Below, one piece after another: positions 61,966 through 64,000 of a DNA stretch of 64,000 nucleotides. The position numbers and the translations under genes are program-made. Under the pieces are notes generated by a model that worked only from the letters and a program-made list of their open reading frames with translations, did no database searches and was not told where the DNA came from. How positions within the stretch are numbered: the stretch's first letter is position 1; every line of letters starts with the position of its first letter. The DNA is from an uncultured Verrucomicrobiae bacterium (lineage in GTDB: Bacteria; Verrucomicrobiota; Verrucomicrobiia; Opitutales; Opitutaceae): assembly GCA_963804395.1 (NCBI GenBank), contig CAWDQK010000002.1, forward strand, positions 1,169 to 65,168, written 5' to 3'.

Positions 61966-62100
61966 CCGCGCATGGGACTCTAACCGCGCGGCGGACCTTG
62001 TCCTCCACGCGGTTAGGAAACGCCGGCTGCGCCAGCGGGAGGGAAAGTTGAGCTTTCTCGCTTGCTGCGCCGTTCACGGCAACGATGTAATTGACGGGTC

Positions 62101-62934
62101 ATGTCCGATCCCGAAGACGAATATCCGCCGCTGCGCCGACTCAAGCGCGATGCTGATGGGTTCTTCCAGCCCGACCACGTCGATCCGTGGCTCGGTCTCG
62201 ATTACGGCAAGGGGTGTGTGCGGCAACATCTGGAATCGGCTGAAACCGGAGTCTCCGCTGAGCTTGGCCTGCGCATGAATCGCGGCGATGGCGGGAGCTA
62301 TGGAGTTCAAATTCACTATTTCGGCGCCCGGTTCCTCGCCGGCAGCACCAGCGCAACCGGGTCATCCGCCCCGGAGCGGGGCCGGATGATCGGAGCGGTG
62401 CTCGCGCCGCACCATGGAAGCATTCCCGAGGAGAGCAGTTTCTACTGCGCCTGCGATTCGATCGATGAGGATATCACCCAGGTTGCCCGCGTGTTGCTGG
62501 ACCAATATTCGGTCGGCGGGCTATTCAGGTCCGGGAGCTTGCTGGTGGTGGTGGAACATGAGTTCGCCGGAACCTGGACAGGCGGAGAACAGGAGACCGC
62601 CTTGCGGCTGGTCATCGATCACCTCGCTCGTCGATGGAAACGCGTGAGGAGGGTCGCCGTTCAGGTGACCGCTCCCTCGTTCAACCGCGAGGCGTTGCCC
62701 ACCGATCCACCCGCGCTCCAGCTGAGTTATCGTGAGGCGCTCGCCGCTGAGTTGGAGCGGGTGCAGGGATTCCATCTTTCCCCGCCGTGCTTGTGGGACG
62801 GAACGATCTGCCGCAGATCCGACCTCCTGTTTAATGTGGACCGGCGGTTCGACCACGACGAATCCATCGTGGAATTGCTCCGTCATACCGGCAAACTGCC
62901 GCGCCGCTCGCCGGCGGGCGCACCTCCCGATTGA
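62101..62934 (+). CDS. hypothetical protein, 277 aa
   Basis: ORF with no recognised domain, soluble composition. Confidence 0.4.
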   Translation: MSDPEDEYPPLRRLKRDADGFFQPDHVDPWLGLDYGKGCVRQHLESAETGVSAELGLRMNRGDGGSYGVQIHYFGARFLAGSTSATGSSAPERGRMIGAVLAPHHGSIPEESSFYCACDSIDEDITQVARVLLDQYSVGGLFRSGSLLVVVEHEFAGTWTGGEQETALRLVIDHLARRWKRVRRVAVQVTAPSFNREALPTDPPALQLSYREALAAELERVQGFHLSPPCLWDGTICRRSDLLFNVDRRFDHDESIVELLRHTGKLPRRSPAGAPPD

Positions 62935-63022
62935 CGGCACGGGTCTTCCGGTCCGTCGGCGCGCGCCCAGACACCGGGGCAAGTCCCAGCCTTCGCCCGA
63001 GGCTACGGCGGGCAGGGCGCCT

Positions 63023-63328
63023 TCAAAGGCCTAGAAAGTAAACCGGCGCAGCGGCTGCAACCGCGGCCGCGAACTGCAAAGCCAGGATCACGCAGGCTTC
63101 TCGTGGAGTCCGCCGCAGCCATTTGGCCGCGAAGACGACAATTGCCGGAACCTGGGCAACCATCAGAAGCTGCCAGAGGTGCGCCGCGGCGCCCTCGTCT
63201 GCCTCCCTCGCAGCGCCAAACCTTGCGACCTGAACTGCAACGACGACAAGTGCGGCGAAAGACATCAGAAGCGGTGCAAACGCGCTTGGCCGCTTGATGG
63301 TCTCTGAAACGCTAATTCTGGAATTCAT
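63023..63328 (-). CDS. hypothetical small membrane protein
   Basis: 101 aa, three predicted TM segments. Confidence 0.35.
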   Translation of the reverse strand: MNSRISVSETIKRPSAFAPLLMSFAALVVVAVQVARFGAAREADEGAAAHLWQLLMVAQVPAIVVFAAKWLRRTPREACVILALQFAAAVAAAAPVYFLGL

Positions 63329-63479
63329 GCCTACCAGTATAAGCGGGCGTGTGATGCCATGATGAAATCGCCGCGAAATCCAGGTGAATTAATCGGGCTG
63401 CGAACGCTGAAGGTGACTCCCGAACGAAGCGGAACCCGAGGCTGCCCCGCAGCCGAAGTGCCAGCTGAGGCTGTCGAGT

Positions 63480-63806
63480 CTACCGCTTGGTTCGGCCTCC
63501 TCTTCGTCTGACGATGTTCTGGATTTCCAGTGGATCTCGGCGCCCATCGAGCACGGCCAGCACTACGGTAATGTCCGCCTCCACCAAAAAATAGACAATA
63601 TAGTATGACTGCTTGAGAATCGCCCGTCGCACGGCCCCGTGCTTTTTCGGAAATGCTTCTGGATTCCATCGGATCCATTCTACCGTCTCTTCGTATTTCT
63701 GTAGAATTTGCGCGGCACCGTCCGACCGCCATGAGGCATAGTGAGTAGCCGCAGCCCGAAGATCGGCCGCGACCTCCGGCAACGCATAAACCGACAGACT
63801 TTTCAC
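63480..63806 (-). CDS. type II toxin-antitoxin system toxin, RelE/ParE family
   Basis: 108 aa. ParE-like core QSYYIVYFLVEADITVVLAVLDGRRD. GTG start overlaps the stop of the upstream antitoxin ORF (GTGA). Confidence 0.65.
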   Translation of the reverse strand: MKSLSVYALPEVAADLRAAATHYASWRSDGAAQILQKYEETVEWIRWNPEAFPKKHGAVRRAILKQSYYIVYFLVEADITVVLAVLDGRRDPLEIQNIVRRRGGRTKR

Positions 63807-64000
63807 GGGGTCCGGAGGCGACGCATCAACTCTATGTGTGAGATCGGCTTGCTTTCTCCGGATCTGTAAGCGGCCAACCGAGCATCAATGATCTTTTTGT
63901 GGCTCTCGGGCACGGGCATATCCTTTTCATCGGCCACGGAAAGCCACAGACGCTCGGCGATCTCAAGCCGCCTACGCCTGGGAAGTCGGAGAAGGGACGA
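63803..64000 (-). CDS. putative antitoxin (addiction-module component), 5' end outside window
   Basis: 66 codons readable to the window edge: ..RLEIAERLWLSVADEKDMPVPESHKKIIDARLAAYRSGESKPISHIELMRRLRTP*. Resembles a stable addiction-module component family as I recall it. Overlaps the toxin start by 4 nt. Confidence 0.55.
   Translation of the reverse strand, partial: SSLLRLPRRRRLEIAERLWLSVADEKDMPVPESHKKIIDARLAAYRSGESKPISHIELMRRLRTP

Overview
High-GC (~65%) bacterial chromosomal segment with the gene content of a saccharolytic organism. The taxon cannot be assigned from sequence alone. Coding density is high on both strands. Main content: (i) 5'-truncated sigma-54 activator, a -24/-12-like promoter, two secreted paralogs of an uncharacterised family (a third paralog sits 10 kb away) and a periplasmic-sensing histidine kinase. 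(ii) A ketose kinase / cupin isomerase / aldolase-like trio with GH2, GH2 (beta-mannosidase-like) and GH31 genes, and a translationally coupled operon of hypothetical secreted proteins. (iii) deoC, an esterase and a ~1470-aa hybrid sensor kinase with duplicated periplasmic modules. (iv) Housekeeping genes sucCD, beta-carbonic anhydrase, flotillin/NfeD, rlmJ, two Hsp20, mogA, gluQ, LOG, ndk. (v) tRNA-Glu(CUC) followed by a low-GC islet encoding a DUF2971-like protein. (vi) A GlcNAc-glycan (heparan/mucin-like) catabolic cluster: GH116, GH89 NAGLU-like, MFS transporter, GH20 hexosaminidase, NagB-LmbE fusion, HGSNAT-like acetyltransferase. (vii) A ParE/RelE toxin plus partial antitoxin at the right edge. 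Intergenic DNA is packed with mosaic GC-rich palindromic repeats in several families. A 31-bp AT-rich palindromic element occurs twice in inverted orientation. At least nine genes are split by +/-1 frameshifts (sucD twice, hybrid kinase twice), several of them in short base runs, which looks like uncorrected assembly indels rather than real pseudogenes. An MFS transporter gene carries a ~330-bp insertion that reads like coding sequence. No CRISPR array, integrase, transposase or prophage genes were seen.
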